A stretch of DNA of 64,000 bases from Leucoraja ocellata (Eukaryota), in NCBI GenBank assembly GCA_036785375.1, contig JAWMAR010001283.1, forward strand, positions 1-64,000. Direction: 5' to 3'. Below, piece by piece: positions 24,880 through 39,344 of this stretch. A program made the translations under genes and the position numbers. The notes under the pieces are model-generated. The model searched no databases. It was not told the DNA's origin and worked only from the letters and a program-made list of their open reading frames with translations. Numbering within the stretch: position 1 is the first letter of the stretch; the number at the start of each line of letters is the position of its first letter.

Positions 24880-25420
24880 TGCGCTCGGTCCACCAAGGCT
24901 TGCTGGATCGCCTGGTTGCTAACTCACCTTCCCATTCCCACACCAACCTTCTGTCCTGGGCTTCTTCCATTGTCAGAGTGAGCCCACAGGCAAACTGGAG
25001 GAACAGCACCTCATATTCCGCTTGGGTAGCTCACAACCCAACAGTATGAACATTTAATTCTCCAATTTATGGTAACACCCCCCTCTCTCTTTCCTATATG
25101 GCCCCACCCATCTCAGTGCATACCCATTTCTCCTGCTATTCCACCACTCCCCCCCCCCCCCCCCTCCCCATTCCACCTACATCTCTCCCTCTGGCTTTAC
25201 ATTTCACTCCCTTCACTTATCTGACTCCCATTTGTGTCCTTTTCATCTCTAGCCTTTGTCTACCCACCTGACCATCCCCCACCTGTCATTTGCTAGACTT
25301 TGTCCCACCCTCAAATCCTTTCCAGCTTCCTCAACCCGACCCAAGAGGTTGTCTCCACAGATGCTGCCTGACCGGCTGAGTTACTCCAGCACATTGTGTT
25401 TTGATCAAGATTCCAGCACC
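24880..25420 (+). mobile_element. Degraded Penelope-like 3' fragment
   Basis: SPSHSHTNLSV...KLEEQHLIFRLGS motif plus a terminal repeat homologous to 13000-13340. Confidence 0.75.
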
Positions 25421-25864
25421 TATGGTTTTCTCATAATTGGAATAAACTGAAGTCAGATACTTGGGGCAGCACAAGCTTGGTTACCCAGCTCCAAACCTGA
25501 CCTCGATTCTGTCTGTGTGGATTTTGAATCTTCTCCCTGTGATCCAGTGGGTTACTTTCTACATCGTTTAGTTTATTGTCATGTGTACTGTGAAAAGCTT
25601 TTGTCATCAAGAAACGCAGTACTTTAATGAGCTGGTTTATACTGCCCCCAGGGTAGAGGGAGTGGCAGGAAAATCAGAGCATTGATGAACAATGGGAACA
25701 TATGTGGGTAAACGAGATTTTTGTAACGATTCCAAGGGCTGGCACGGACTCTGTAAATTGATGGTGAAGTACTCACATCCCTGGAGCATGTTCAATCTGC
25801 AGCTTCCAAAGGAAACTTACTGCATTGCTGTAAAATTGACCGTTTTGTGTGAATCTTTGTACAG

Positions 25865-25973
25865 AAAATGCTGGATGAGCAGCTGATTGTGCACGCCTTC
25901 GGGGAATCCATGCGGGCTTTTGTGTATGGTTTCTACCTGTACAGACTCCTCTCAGACAAAGACACGGAAAAAG
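25865..25973 (+). CDS. DEPDC5: DEPDC5 exon (KMLDEQLIVHAFGESMRAFVYGFYLYRLLSDKDTEK), end of DEP domain
   Basis: acag| acceptor, G|gtaacg donor; matches DEPDC5. Confidence 0.95.
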
Positions 25974-26477
25974 GTAACGGGGTACTTCATTGACGCCATT
26001 CTGTAACCTTTGCTTAAGGCACAGTAGACACTTCTTCAGCATGTACATATCCCCACCATTAAACAAAATGCTTCTAAACAAAGGAACTTCTGGTTAATGC
26101 GTGGTCACCGCTGCTTTGATGGTAGACATGTTATTGTCTGTGCACAGAACACTTGCATAACCGGAGGACTGTCATACTTTAATGGTTATGGTTGAGTGGT
26201 AAATGTTAGTTGTGAGAGTGAATAGCATTACCCTGTGAATAGCATTACCCTGTTTTTCCAATAGATTTAGTAGTTGTTGATGCCTGACTTCACTCTGGTT
26301 GCTGTTGCCACATTTTGATGATGAAACTTGGTTGAATGTCATCGTCTGTGGCTTAGTGATCGCACTGTCATCTCTCAATCCACCTTAGGCATGAACACAA
26401 CAACCCACAACGCCACAACTTGGCCTCCAGTGTTGGATCAGACAAGTGTAACAAGTTTTCAGGTCAATGTAACAAGT

Positions 26478-26770
26478 TTAGTTTAGTTTAGAGATACAGT
26501 ATGGAGACGGGCCCTTCGGCCCTCCACGTCCATGCCAAACAGCAATCCCCGTACACTAGTTCTATCCGATACTCTAGAGACGATTTACAGAAGCCAATTA
26601 ACCTACAAACATGCACGTCTTTAAAATGTGGGAGAAAACCAGAGCACCCAGAGAAAACCCATGCAGTCACAGGGAGAATGTACAAACTTCATACACATAC
26701 TTGAAATCAGGATTGAAACCGAGTTTCTGGCACTGTGTCAGGCAGCAACTTTACTGCTGCGCCACTGTCC
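26478..26770 (-). mobile_element. Near full-length V-SINE (HE1-like)
   Basis: tRNA-like head, V core and (TAAAC)n tail on the minus strand. Confidence 0.8.
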
Positions 26771-27530
26771 CTGTCACTGTGTTCCAGAAATGGCAAGGAG
26801 TTTTTGCCATATTTTCTTCTTCAACATTCTCATATTTCTCATGACATAAAGAGGCCATTCAGCCCACCAGCTCTCAGTGCAATCCCAAACCCCCCACATA
26901 TTTCCTTGCAGCATATACTTTTTCACCAGTCCCTTTTTCAACTCCCCCTTGACTCTCCAATCACAGACATACACATGCGATGATTTCGTAGTCAAATTGA
27001 CCAGCACATCTTTGGGTGAGGATGGAAATCAAAGCGCCTGAGGACACCCATCATAGTGAGAATTTGCAAACTCCCCACAAACACCACTCAGGCTTGAGCT
27101 TTGGTCTCTGGATCTGCCAGGCAGCCGCTTAACTAACTGCTTCTTACCAATCAATTTATTTTCAGATAGCCTGGTGTTGCAACCATTTTACCATGTGTTC
27201 CTTACCACATTGTCAAAATGTTTGTGCAAAAACATGTGTGACATTTCCTACATGTTACTTGGCTTCAGATTAAGATGTATACAACTGGGTGTGACATGCT
27301 TTGGGTGCTCTAGGGAAGTGGAGAGATGTTACATTGATGCAAATCTTTATTTTACGTTGAAGTCCCACTGTATTATATTTAAGTGAGATAAATAGATTCC
27401 CACCTGTGGCAATGATGTAATGCATGATTGGTAGAATGGCTGATTAACTTCTGAGAGTGTTGTCTGTGCATTGAACGCCTTCAAAGTGACTCTCTTTCAC
27501 TCCCACCCTCCACCCCGCTCCTCCCTGCAG

Positions 27531-27755
27531 GGATTATGCAGTCTTCCACTATCTGGTACACTTCCACAATGGACGACCTGGCTGCATTCCAGCGCAAGTG
27601 GTTTGAGGTGGCCTTCCTCACGGAAGAACGACTTCACATCGACATCCCTGCCTTCCTGTTGCCGTGGTTACCCAGTAGGCCAGCATCCTATGCAAGTAGG
27701 CACAGTTCCTTCAGCCGCAGTTTTGGAGGACGAAGTCAAGCCGCTGCCCTACTAG
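27531..27755 (+). CDS. DEPDC5: DEPDC5 exon (IMQSSTIW...[10 protein letters not shown]...[13 protein letters not shown])
   Basis: ctgcag| acceptor, G|gtagat donor; matches DEPDC5. Confidence 0.97.
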   Translation, partial: GLCSLPLSGTLPQWTTWLHSSASGLRWPSSRKNDFTSTSLPSCCRGYPVGQHPMQVGTVPSAAVLEDEVKPLPY

Positions 27756-28856
27756 GTAGATGCACACCACAGGCAACGCGGAACAGTCTCCAAGGGAATG
27801 AGGTCATGTGGACAGTATTTGTCTCCTCCCATTCTGCACATTGGCTGCTCACACTATTTATTTGTATCCGTCTATGGTGTCTGTTTCAGGAATCCCCTCT
27901 TTGATCACAGCTCCCTGAAGTCCCCACAGCCTGCCTTTATAAAGCAAAACCACTTCTCATAAAGGTCATTCCAGGAATAAATAAGATGCCCAGCTGAGGG
28001 ACATAGTCTTGCAAGTGTCATATGTTCTGTTCAAATTTTAACTTTTTCCTCTGCATTGTCTCAAAAAACAACATAGACTGTTATTAATTTGGCATCTTCA
28101 GCCGGCGTGTGGCAGTGTTTCAGTGCCAAGTGAGTCCTGTGTTCTGGCTTGCATTGAAAACAAATACATTTCTGCCTCCAAGTGCTTTGCTTGCCACAAT
28201 GGAGACACACGCATGAAGAAGGTGCTTTGAACAGAATAGCCCAAACACTTCCAAACTAGTTTCACATTGAAAGGAGCCAAGCATGTTAAATTCAACTTCA
28301 GTGTAACTTCGACTTAACTAGCCTTAATTTTAGGGGGATATTGTAGAGGCCCTGGCCATAATTTTAGTTTAGTTTAGAGATACAGTGTGGAAACAGGCCC
28401 ATCGAGCCTGCACCAACCAACGATCACCCATACACTAGTTCTATCCAATCTTCAAGTTTAGATTTAGATTTATTAATGTCACATGTACTAAGGTACAGTG
28501 AAAAGCTTTGTTTTGCATGTTATCCAACCAGATCAGATATACCATACATGCATACAATTAGTTCAAACTCAAGTACAATAGATTAAGTGCAAGGGGGAAG
28601 ATATAGAGGGTGGAATATAGTTCTCAGCATTGTAGCACATCAGTTCCTTAAAGTCCACTGTCTGCAACGAGGTAGAAATGAATTGTAACTTAGCTCATGG
28701 AAGAACCCACATAACCAAAGACTTGTCCCACCTTAGACATTCCTCCTCTCTCTGCTCCTGTCCGATAGAAGATACAGAAACTTGAAAATGTGCTCCACCA
28801 GACTCTTCCCCTTCCGATATCAGGCTTCAGAACTCTGAAATTCCTAGCGCTCCAGC

Positions 28857-29035
28857 GCTCCCTTTAAACTTGTCCGGACCCCATTTCGTACATCCCTTTT
28901 AAACTTCCCAGGGCCCCTTTTCCTGCACTCCCTTTAAACTTGCCAGGGCGCCATTTCCCACACTCCCTTTAAAACTTGGTGGGGCCGCATTTCATGCCTT
29001 GCATTAAACTTGCAATGCCCATTACCATGCAACAT
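28857..29035. repeat. Minisatellite, about 5 degenerate ~33-bp units (ctccctttaaacttgccagggc-ccatttc)
   Basis: The cccttt(t)aaactt motif recurs at roughly 33-bp spacing. Confidence 0.75.
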
Positions 29036-30804
29036 TTCCCATGCTCCCATAAAATTAATCTGATTCACTGTAAAAAAAAAAAAAAAAAATTTGGTGTAAC
29101 ATCTTTCAAATTAAAAGATTAACTTTTAATGTTGGGTAATCTGCCAGTCTGAAACCACCAAAGTCATAGTGTGGCGGAATATCAAAATTATATTTGACTG
29201 GAAAATGACCTTGTGACCTGCATTCTAGCCGGTAATTGTGTTGTCTGTGTCATTAAGAAAGGCTATGATTTAACCTAAATTTGGCTAAGTATAAACAACT
29301 GGCCCTTCTATTCCGCACAATGAGTTATCTACAAGGCCTTGTAATCAGAAGTGGGGACCTCCTGGTGAAACAGAATTTATGAATTTCTTCAACCTATTTT
29401 GACCAATAAGCTTTACTAACCATGTGTGCTCAAATGCTTATTGTGACAAAACACTCTTGCTTTCAAGCAGAGATAGCCAATGGCTATTGAAATACGTGGT
29501 CGCTCTTCGCAACCAAGCTGTTAAGTTGGCCTCATGTATCTGTTCCATTTCTGGCTTCTGATTACTAGCTATTGTCCATTAAGGCTTTACTAAATCTAAA
29601 CTGTCCACATGACCTCATTGGTTCCACACTTGGACGTCATTGACTGATTCTCTACGTGAAGCCTGTGATGTGGAACTGTGTGTGTGACAGAGCTCAGGAA
29701 CAAGCTCAAACTCCCTATAATCAATAACCGTTTTACTATCCTTGGGTCCCAATAATCTGCCCTTCAGATTATCCTGCATGCTTCCTCCCCCCTTTTGACC
29801 TCAGTGCGGTAAATTTGGGTGCATGTTTTTGCAATGCATTTGGAATAACTTGAAAGTTGCAATTCTTGGGCGATAAAGACTCCTGATTTGGTGCTAAATC
29901 ATCTGGGATGATCCCACAGTCTGCCTTGAATGAGCTGTTGATTTTACCAGGGAAGGGCATTGGGAAGAAATGTGCCAGGTTAGCAAATGGAGAAATAATC
30001 CCATGTTCCCTTTACTGATCGTCATCAACCCGCCCTTCCTGGAAACAAGGTGAGATTCATTTGCAATGCCTTACAGTCAAACTTCCATGCACACCAACTA
30101 CCTAGATTCCCACAAGAAGGGCCACACGTTAGTACATACACTTGGTCGGCCATTGGTCACTATGAATTGCTCTCTAGAAAAGGGGAATTAATTAGAGGTA
30201 ACAATAATCTCAGTGGCTGTTATTGCAATGTTACTTTGTTGGTGTATTCATTTTCATCAGCATAGTTTGATTTATTGGATGTACTCGAGTGTACTCACTA
30301 TCTTTTTGTTTATGTTGGTTTCTTCTCCCCATTCACCACCTTCACCACCACATACCAGTTACAGGTGGTATCATATCACTTTAAATGCTGTCTGATCTGC
30401 TGACCAGTAGATTTCTCTCAATGCCCAGTGTGAGAAATATTTAGCCACTCTTATCTTTGACTTTATTGTTTGGTATCTAGGTGATCCTGGCAACGCCTTT
30501 GATGCCCATCCCAAATTAGCTTTGACAAGGTGATGGTGAGCTGGCGATTTGATAATACTGGGGAATCATCTTCACCAGAAGGTCTGCTGACCTTCTGGTG
30601 AAGATGATTCCCCAGTATTATATGGGAGAGATCTCCAACTTTAGATCCAGTGATGATGGGGGGGGGGGGGGATTGGCCACATATTTCCAAGTCAGGATAG
30701 GGGGCACCTGCAGGTGGTGGTGTTCCCCTGCTCTACTGCTCTTGTCCTTCTTGGTGGGAGAGGTCGCGGGTTTGGGAGGAGAAGCTTGGGCATTTTGTAG
30801 ACGG

Positions 30805-31207
30805 CAAAGATCCTATAGCAAACAAGATAGATCACTCGACAAAAAAGACGTAGTACGGTCACGGGCAGATTCATGGGTAATTTTCGGCCCCATTTCCGTA
30901 ACCGGCTTCCTCTCCGCACCAAAGATCCCTTAGCGGAGCAAAGATACTAGTGCGGAGACGGAAGCCGGTTACGGAAACATCCTCGTAAAAATAAAAGTTA
31001 TTTGATAAAAATCTTCTCCTCATATTCAGAATTATAATTTATTAACGCAAACTGTTCCCCCGCAACGTTGATTACACTGCGAGTCGGGTCGGGTCGGGTT
31101 ACTGAAATAGATGAAAAAAAGGCCCACGTACCGCTCCGTTGCGTACTACATGTCGGCCCATTGCATTTAGAAGGAGTGGTCTATCTTGCTCCACTATGGA
31201 ATCTTTG
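30805..31207. mobile_element. hAT-like MITE with ~33-bp imperfect TIRs
   Basis: Left TIR CAAAGATCCTATAGCAAACAAGATAGATCACTC; right TIR (reverse complement) CAAAGATTCCATAGTGGAGCAAGATAGACCACTC; degraded 8-bp TSD gtagacgg/gttgacag. Confidence 0.75.
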
Positions 31208-31689
31208 GTTGACAGTACACAATTCAGTGGGAATTGAATGTTAATATGTTAATTTTAAGGAATGTTAATGGGACCACCAGGAAGCAGGTTGCTTGGCCCT
31301 GGATGGGGTTGAGCTTGTGGAGTTGTCGGCACTGAACTCATCATGGAGAATATTTGTTGGAATTCCACAGTTTGTATAAAACCCCTCTGACTCTCTGTTT
31401 TCAAACACTTGGGACTGAGACTGGCTTATTGCGGGCCTTGTGCCTGATTGGTTATATAGACTGGAAACGCTCTACTATGTCAATATGATAGTTTTATCAG
31501 ATATTAGGAAGCATGGCATACCGTTCCCAAGGGAGATTGATCCCTTGTGGTGGGGATAACATCAGCCAAGGTCTCTGCATGTAACCATCACTGCCAAAGG
31601 AACAAGTGTGGACACTGGGAGAGGGTAGAATCAACATCAAACATCCTTCCTCATCCAAAATGGTAGACTACCACAAAACACAAAGTCTA

Positions 31690-32200
31690 GATCTCTTGGG
31701 TTGAAGATGACTTGCTTTCACTGATTTTTTTGGATTGTGAGATGGCTGATAATGTCAATGTTGGAATTCCAGCCTCACCCCCAGGTGGGGCATGAGGTAA
31801 CTGATGGGGTGGGTGGGTAGTTTGTGAGGTGATGCATTCCTTCAGTTGATAATTCAGGGCTTCTTTGAGCTCCCTACTCGAATGCCCCTCCTTCACCTTC
31901 AACGGTCATAGACCCAGGAATTCCCAGGATGGACACGTTGTAATTCTTGAACAAAACTTTGAGTGCACCCTTGAATCTTCTCTCTCCACCTGGTAAACTC
32001 TTCCCGGGATAGGCCTCGGATTAAAGTGTTTCAGGAGCCTGCTGTTGGGCATGTGAATGATGTGGCCTGCCCAATAGAGCCAGCTGAGTGTATCTAGCAC
32101 CCCAGTGCTGGGGACATGACTGATGTTAAATCACTTGTCCTTCCCCTGGAGTTGGAAGATTTTATGGAGTAAGCATTGATACTATTTTTTAGTGCCTTGA
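31690..32200 (-). mobile_element. Degraded RTE LINE 3' fragment
   Basis: LxWAGHIIHMPNSRLLK, resembling the RTE RT C-terminal W-GH--RM---R-PK motif. Confidence 0.55.
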
Positions 32201-32213
32201 GATGCAATATGTA

Positions 32214-32412
32214 CAGTGCCCTCCACAATGTTTGGGACAAAGACCCATCATTTATTTAATTACCTCTGTACTCCACAATTTGAGATTTGTAATTGAAAAA
32301 AATCACACGTTAAAGTGCACATTGTCAGATTTTAATAAAGGCCATTTTTATACATTTTGGTTTCACCATGTAGAAATTACAGCTGTGTTTATACATAGTC
32401 CCCCCATTTCAG
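32214..32412 (+). mobile_element. Tc1/mariner terminal inverted repeat fragment
   Basis: TA followed by CAGTGCCCTCCACAATGTTTGGGACAAAGAC..., a typical Tc1 end, then an AT-rich TIR body. Confidence 0.65.
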
Positions 32413-33359
32413 AGCTCTCTGCATGAAACAGCATTTAAAGATGTTAGCTGGTGTAACTAGGTTCTCACAGACATCATGTGCATCATTATATATCATGTAA
32501 GCATCATTATCTCCTCGTTGGTCTATGCTTTACACAGCAATTATCTGTACCTTCCTGATCACGACAGTGTTTATTGTTGCTGACTTTCTCTGATCTTGCT
32601 TCACCTTCAGAACTGTTTTCATCCTTTGCCCTTTTTCCTGATTGTCACCCAAAGTGCCATAAACAGTACCTTGTGATATTTCCCTTAGTTGATGATCTTT
32701 TATGAATCATTGGAGTTTATTTCTATTACTTGCCCTGCTGAAATATATGACCTTTCTTTGAAGCGTTTGTGGTTTGCATAGAGTTGACTCCTAGACCCCT
32801 GTATTGATTTGTACAATAATCTAAGCCAGGAGTGCTGGAGTCATGTCCATTTACAGGCTAACCCAGATACTTGGCCTTGTGTGTGTGTGTGTGTGTTTAT
32901 TTCTTCTTCAGATAGTGTTTCGTGCCATGCTCGGATTTGGATCATTTTAACAGGATTATGCTTGAGGTGTACAAATGAAGTCAATCCTGCTCTGGAGTGT
33001 CTTATTTAAGCAGAATAGTCCCCCTGTCTCCTGCCCAATTAAAACCACCTTCCTTCTCTGTCAATGGGGCCTCCTGCCCTCCAGCCGAGTTCAAAAGGTC
33101 AGACGTCTTTAAACATCCAGACTTGCTAACAAATTGGAATGTTTAGGCTCCACTTTAGAAGCGTGCACCCACTAGGGAATTCAGTGGAGCGGATTTTAGA
33201 GGTCACATTTCCCTTCAATAATCAGATCAGAGGAAGCGAGTCGAATGCTGAAAACGGGGCTTGTCCCTTTAGTATGAAGCAGGAGTTAGAGAAGAATAAG
33301 AAATCTCTCCAGTTTTAATTTGCTCCTGACTGCGTTCTTGTAATCCCTTCTCTCTGTAG

Positions 33360-33529
33360 CTGCCACAGTCCCAGAGCAGAAGACTGTGACGTTGGATGTG
33401 GATGTGAACAACCGTTCAGACCGCGTTGAGTGGTGCAGCTGTTATTACCATGGGAACTACTCACTAAGTGCTGCATTTGAAGTCAAGCTGCACTGGATGG
33501 CAGTCACATCAGCCATGCTGTTTGAAATG
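33360..33529 (+). CDS. DEPDC5: DEPDC5 exon ([31 protein letters not shown]...MLFEM), CTD
   Basis: tgtag| acceptor, ATG|gtcggt donor; matches DEPDC5. Confidence 0.97.
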
Positions 33530-33861
33530 GTCGGTACACCAGCCAATTAACTTGTGCCTTAAAACCAAAATAGTAGTTTGTCCTGACATCCAACAGTGTC
33601 CTGCAGAGTAATGGCAATTTCTGCCAGTCAGCACCATTTCCTGAGAGACAGAAATTAATCTAACGTAAAGCTGCCAGAACACAACGTGCTGGAGGAAGTT
33701 AGCCAGTCAGCCAGCATCTAGGGAGGGTTTGGGTCGCCAACGTTCTGGTTCAAGACCTTTCTCAGACTCTTGAATCTGAAGAAGGGCCCCGATCCAAGAC
33801 ATCACCTGTCCAGTCCCATCCCAGATGCAGCCTGAACCACTGAGTTTATCCAGTGCTCTGT

Positions 33862-34115
33862 GTTTAGTTTTGTTTAACATTACAGGGTGGAAACAGGCCC
33901 TTCAGCCCACCAAGTCTGCCCAACCAGCCGTACTCTAGTTCTAGCCAGCCACGGGACAATTTGCAGAAGCCAATTAACCTACAAACCTGCACGTTTTTGG
34001 AATGTGGGAGGAAAGTGGAGAAAATCCATGCACACAGGGAGAATGTACAGACAGCACCCGTGGTCGGGATTGAACCCGGGTCTCTGGCGCTGTAAGGCAG
34101 CAACTCCACTGCTGT
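33862..34115 (-). mobile_element. V-SINE (HE1-like)
   Basis: B-box (gggttcaatccc), V core and tail on the minus strand. Confidence 0.75.
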
Positions 34116-34964
34116 TTTGCTCAAGATTCCAGTGTCTGAAATTTCTTGTGTCAAAACAGGGAGGGAGCTGGATGGCAGGGAGCTGAGGTGTGTGTGTGTG
34201 AGGGCAGAGACGGTGGGGCAGCAGTAGGTGGTGTGGCCTCGCAGCTCAATGGACCTGGGTTCGAACCTGTTCTCAGGTGTTTTGTATATTTTCCCCGTGA
34301 CAACCACATACACTGGTTTCCCCTAACATCCTATGGCAGCTGGCAGGGCTATTTGTGACTGCAAATTACCCCTCTAGTAGGTAGTTGTCAAAAGGAGAGT
34401 CGATGAGAGAGGAAAATAAGTTGCTGAATCACAAGGAAATTCACTCATGGGGAACTAGGGCTGAAGGGATGGTTTTGTTGAGAGCAAACAGAACTATTGG
34501 GCCACAAAGTCTGTGTCTGTCGTAATATGTTCAGTAAGTCAGTCATCCGCCATGCTCCTAGAAGAGCCGTTTCAAGTGGTTTCTCTGGGAAGTTCACTCA
34601 CAGCAGTTATCAGGATGTTTTATTTTCCTAGACAGCATGAGAAGGGTGGAGCTTGCAAAGAGCAGGTCTTGGCACACGTCTTAATGATTAGCCTTGCTGC
34701 TGCTGGTCGGCAGGTGAGCTCTGGAGCAGTGGGTAGGGTAAACACTGGGAGCTGTATGTTGCTTGTGTGTTGAGTGCCTTAGCTCTCGGATGTTGGGAGA
34801 TGTCCTCCCACTGAGCCAGGGACATTCGAGGACTGTGCTGCTGTGTGTGAGGAACCTCCATCAGACCGATGATCAAATCACCCAGGAACTATGCTCCTGC
34901 TCACCAGATGAAAGATGGAAGGTTTTAGGTGGCGATAAGAATGTACTAAACAGCCCCTTCCTAA

Positions 34965-35186
<222 letters not shown>

Positions 35187-38121
35187 TAACTCACTGAACT
35201 GCAGGGGGGAGGGAGCTTAGATCTGGAAAGGTGCTGGCTGCAGCTACCAGTTAAACTTGCCTACAGAGAAGTGGGATACTTCCTTCCATTTAACCTGTGG
35301 TAAAGGTCCCAGCAGATGAGTTGGTATGTTTACTGTAGTTGTGTTAGGAGAGGCTTTGGAAAGTAGTGATCGCTGAGTCTGTGGGTGCAGAATGGCAGTA
35401 GTTTGATGAATTGACATGTCCTGTACCTTAAATAGATGGGTTCAGCTTCTTTATGAAGTACATTGCTGGTCATTCCGACAAGCGTTTTCATGAATTTTTT
35501 AAATTCCCATTGTTTATTTTCACCAATTCCTTATTTGTTCTGTTCATTAAGGGAATGAGAGGGAGGTGAATAGGCCAGCTGATTTAGAAAGGTCAAAGCC
35601 AGAGGAAATGTTTTTATGTCTTCCAAACACTTTCTGCAAGTGGAATCGCACCTGGGCTGGCAGCCAAATATTCTGTAAAATATAATGATAACACATTATC
35701 AGTTGTTTGTTTCTTTGTAGCAGGCTGTGAAAATCAACCGAATGCTTATGAAAGCTGGTGTGTGGTTAGTTTTGTTTTCAATGCCAATGTTTTTTTTTTC
35801 TTGTGTGATACTTAATCTTCTTGACAAAAAGGAAAACCATCTTGCATTCATGGAGCAGCAGAGGTGTTGAATTATCCAGTTTTCGTGAAATTTATTTGGT
35901 GTAAAAATAGCAGGCTGGAAAGATCACGCCATGGGCTGTAACACTCGCTAATAGCAACTCACAGCCCTTCCCACGTTTCATGGCTTTCATGTTCAATCTT
36001 CATGTTCTTGCGTTTGATTCCAGTTTGATGTTGTGGTGATTTATTGAATGTTTTGTGCTTGGAATGAGGATGTTGCTGCTGAGAATTGGAGCTGGCGACT
36101 TTACACATCACTTTATAACTGACTCGACAATGCAGGTAGCCTTTCTCCTTCTCCAGCCTTGCACTTTGGTGAGTGTGCTGCATCTACTCCAAGTTGTGGT
36201 GCTGATGTCCTTGAGTTCAGGAACAAGAACTAGTTAAATAACCAGGGTTCTGACAAGTATAATTCCCTGGGAATTGTGCTTGAGTCTGTGGATGGGATCG
36301 GGCACCCGTGAAGCTTTGGAACCCCTGCTAATGCAGGATGAATGTCAACTCCACTTGTTTACAGGAGCTCACAGCCCCTGATGGATTGAGCCTGGAGCCG
36401 TATTCTAATTCCGCTGTGACTCCAAGAGCAAATCTTGAAAAATAACAATAACAAAAACTGTTATATAAAAGATTTTGGAGAGAAAAAAATAGAATTTTCG
36501 CCACAAATCGGCAAGAAGTGCCATCGCATGTTTGTATTACATTAAACAAGATTCTGACATTACAACCAAAGATCATTATCACAATTCTTTAACGTTATAA
36601 TTAGTTCAGTCATGCGATTTTTGATAAACTAATGATTAATTGCAACCTAAGCCCTGTTCCAATAGCATCGGCAACAACCGTGGGAGACTGACATTCTTCA
36701 ACAGTAGAAAAGAAGAATGATTTGCTTTTAAGGCCGGGATGTAAGAGGGGATGAAGGAGAGGGAGAGGGAAATGGGAGGTGGTGGGAATTGGGATGGAGG
36801 GCTCTCATCTTCCAAAGCTTCTCTCAGTCCCTCGTTTACCACCATTTCTCTCCATAAGCGAAACCTACCCAACTCTCCCCCTCCACTCCAGGCTCCATGC
36901 CCCCCCCCCTTCCCATCTCGGGCACTCTCCCCCACCTCTCTCCCTCACCCCCCCTCCCTCACCTTCTGGCTGGCTTCCGCTCTTCCGATTCTCTTCCCCA
37001 CCCATGTATTAGAAAATTGGCTGGCTAACAGTAAACAAAGTGGGCTGATTTACAAGCTGTAAGAGTGCATTTGGCACTAGGGAGAATGCAACTTAATTAA
37101 GGAGCAATTATGAGGGTTTGAAAGCAGAGCTCACTAAACTGAACTGGTAAATTAAATTATTTTAATATATTTCCTTTCGACATTGCAACATGTCATTAGT
37201 CCACTGAGTCTATGCCGGATCTCAGCAATCCAGTCAGTCCCATTCCCAGTTATCTTCCTGTAATGCTCGCATTAATTCCGCACTGATTCTCTTGCCACAC
37301 TCATACCTCAGCCTGACTTTGGGGTGTGTGAGCATTCCAGAGCTCCTGGAAGAAATCCACGCTGTCACAGGGAGAGCATGCGAACTCCACACAGACAGCA
37401 TCAGAGCACAGGGTTGATCCCAATTCACTGGAGTTGTGAGCCAGTAGCATCACCTGCAGCACAATGTACTGCCTGGTCAATCAAGTTAAATGTTAATAAG
37501 GTCATAAGGAATAGGAGTAGAATTACGCCATTCAGCCCATCAAGTCTACACCGCCATTCAATCATGGTTGATCTATCTCTCCCTCCTAACCCCATTCTCT
37601 TGCCTTCTCCCCATAACTCTAAGACATGTACTAATCAAGAATCTATCTCTGCCTTAAAAATATCAATTGACTTGGCCTCCACAGCCTCTGTGGCAAAGAA
37701 TTACAGATTCTGACTAAATAAATTTCTCCTCATCTCCTTCCTAAAATAACATCCTTTCATTCTGAGGCTATGACCTCTAGTCCTCGACTCTCTCACTAGT
37801 GGAAACATCCTCCCCATATCCATGAATGCCTGCTAATGTCTGAAGGGCCTATTTCTGTACTACACGACTATAACTCTACCATAAATGGGGATGAACAGAT
37901 TATAATCCGAACAGAGAGATTAACAGGGCAACTAACAAGGTTAAGGGGTGGACAGAGCAGATTGGGGATGGGGAAAATTGGGGGTGTGAAATTGGGGGGG
38001 ATCGGTCCTGTGGGGTTCAGTGAGGTTTTTTGACTGATGCTGTTTTACCCAGGATGAGAACAATCCCTGTCACCCTTCATCCTGTTCCCTGGTTAATTTC
38101 TCTGTTGTGTTGTTCTCCCAG

Positions 38122-38182
38122 GTTTTGAGCCTGAGACGTACTGCGATCGGATGCAGCTTTTCCAGGAGGCCATTCTTGCCAG
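38122..38182 (+). CDS. DEPDC5: DEPDC5 exon (GFEPETYCDRMQLFQEAILAR)
   Basis: cccag| acceptor, AG|gtatgt donor; matches DEPDC5. Confidence 0.95.
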
Positions 38183-38556
38183 GTATGTCTCTACTCCTTC
38201 CCAGGGGTTTAAGATGAGAGGGGGAAGATTTAAAAGGAATCTGAGGCAACTTTTTCACACACAGAGTGGTGGGTATATGGAACAAGCTTCCAGAGAAAGT
38301 AGTTAGTGCGGGTACTATAACAGCTTTTAATAGACATGCGGACAGGTACGTGGATTGGAGTGGTTCAGAGAGATATGTATCATATATGAGCAAATGGGAT
38401 TAGCTTAGATGGGCATCTTGGTTGACCTGGGTGAATGGAGCCAAAGGGTTTGTTTCCATGCTGTATTACCTTGTGACATGCACACCCATTTCTGTATCAA
38501 AACACTGGGTAATGGTATGGACATGTGGCATCACCACCACTGTGATGACCTGTTAA

Positions 38557-38928
<372 letters not shown>

Positions 38929-39344
38929 TAGGTTCCCTGTTCTTTGTTTTCAGCTCTGTATTCCCCAATAGCGAGAGTCTTTGAGTAACATTTCTGACCC
39001 CATTATGAGCGAGCAGTGGGCTTTGACTGATTTGGCTTCAGAGATTCCCAGCTGTCCCACCAGGAGTCTGCTGGTCTGTCCATGGAAATTCCCAACTCTC
39101 CCACCAAGAGTCTGCTGGTATCTCCTCAAATATTCCTAACTATCCCACTAGGAGTCTGTTGGTATCTTGTCAGTGATCTCCTACTCTCCCACCAGCACTG
39201 TGCAACTGGGGGTAGGATTGATAAACGACCAAGAGCGTGTCATTATTTTGGTGAAAATGATCATGTTAAAACCCCAGATAAGTTGTGAGTTACTCGGTGT
39301 GTCCTTGCATTGAGGGTGACCTGATAGTTCTTTGTTCGCTCCAG

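Noticed and set aside
28857-29035. CRISPR-like repeat/spacer appearance
   Set aside because: Eukaryotic intron, the 'spacers' are homologous to one another, and there are no cas genes; it is a minisatellite.
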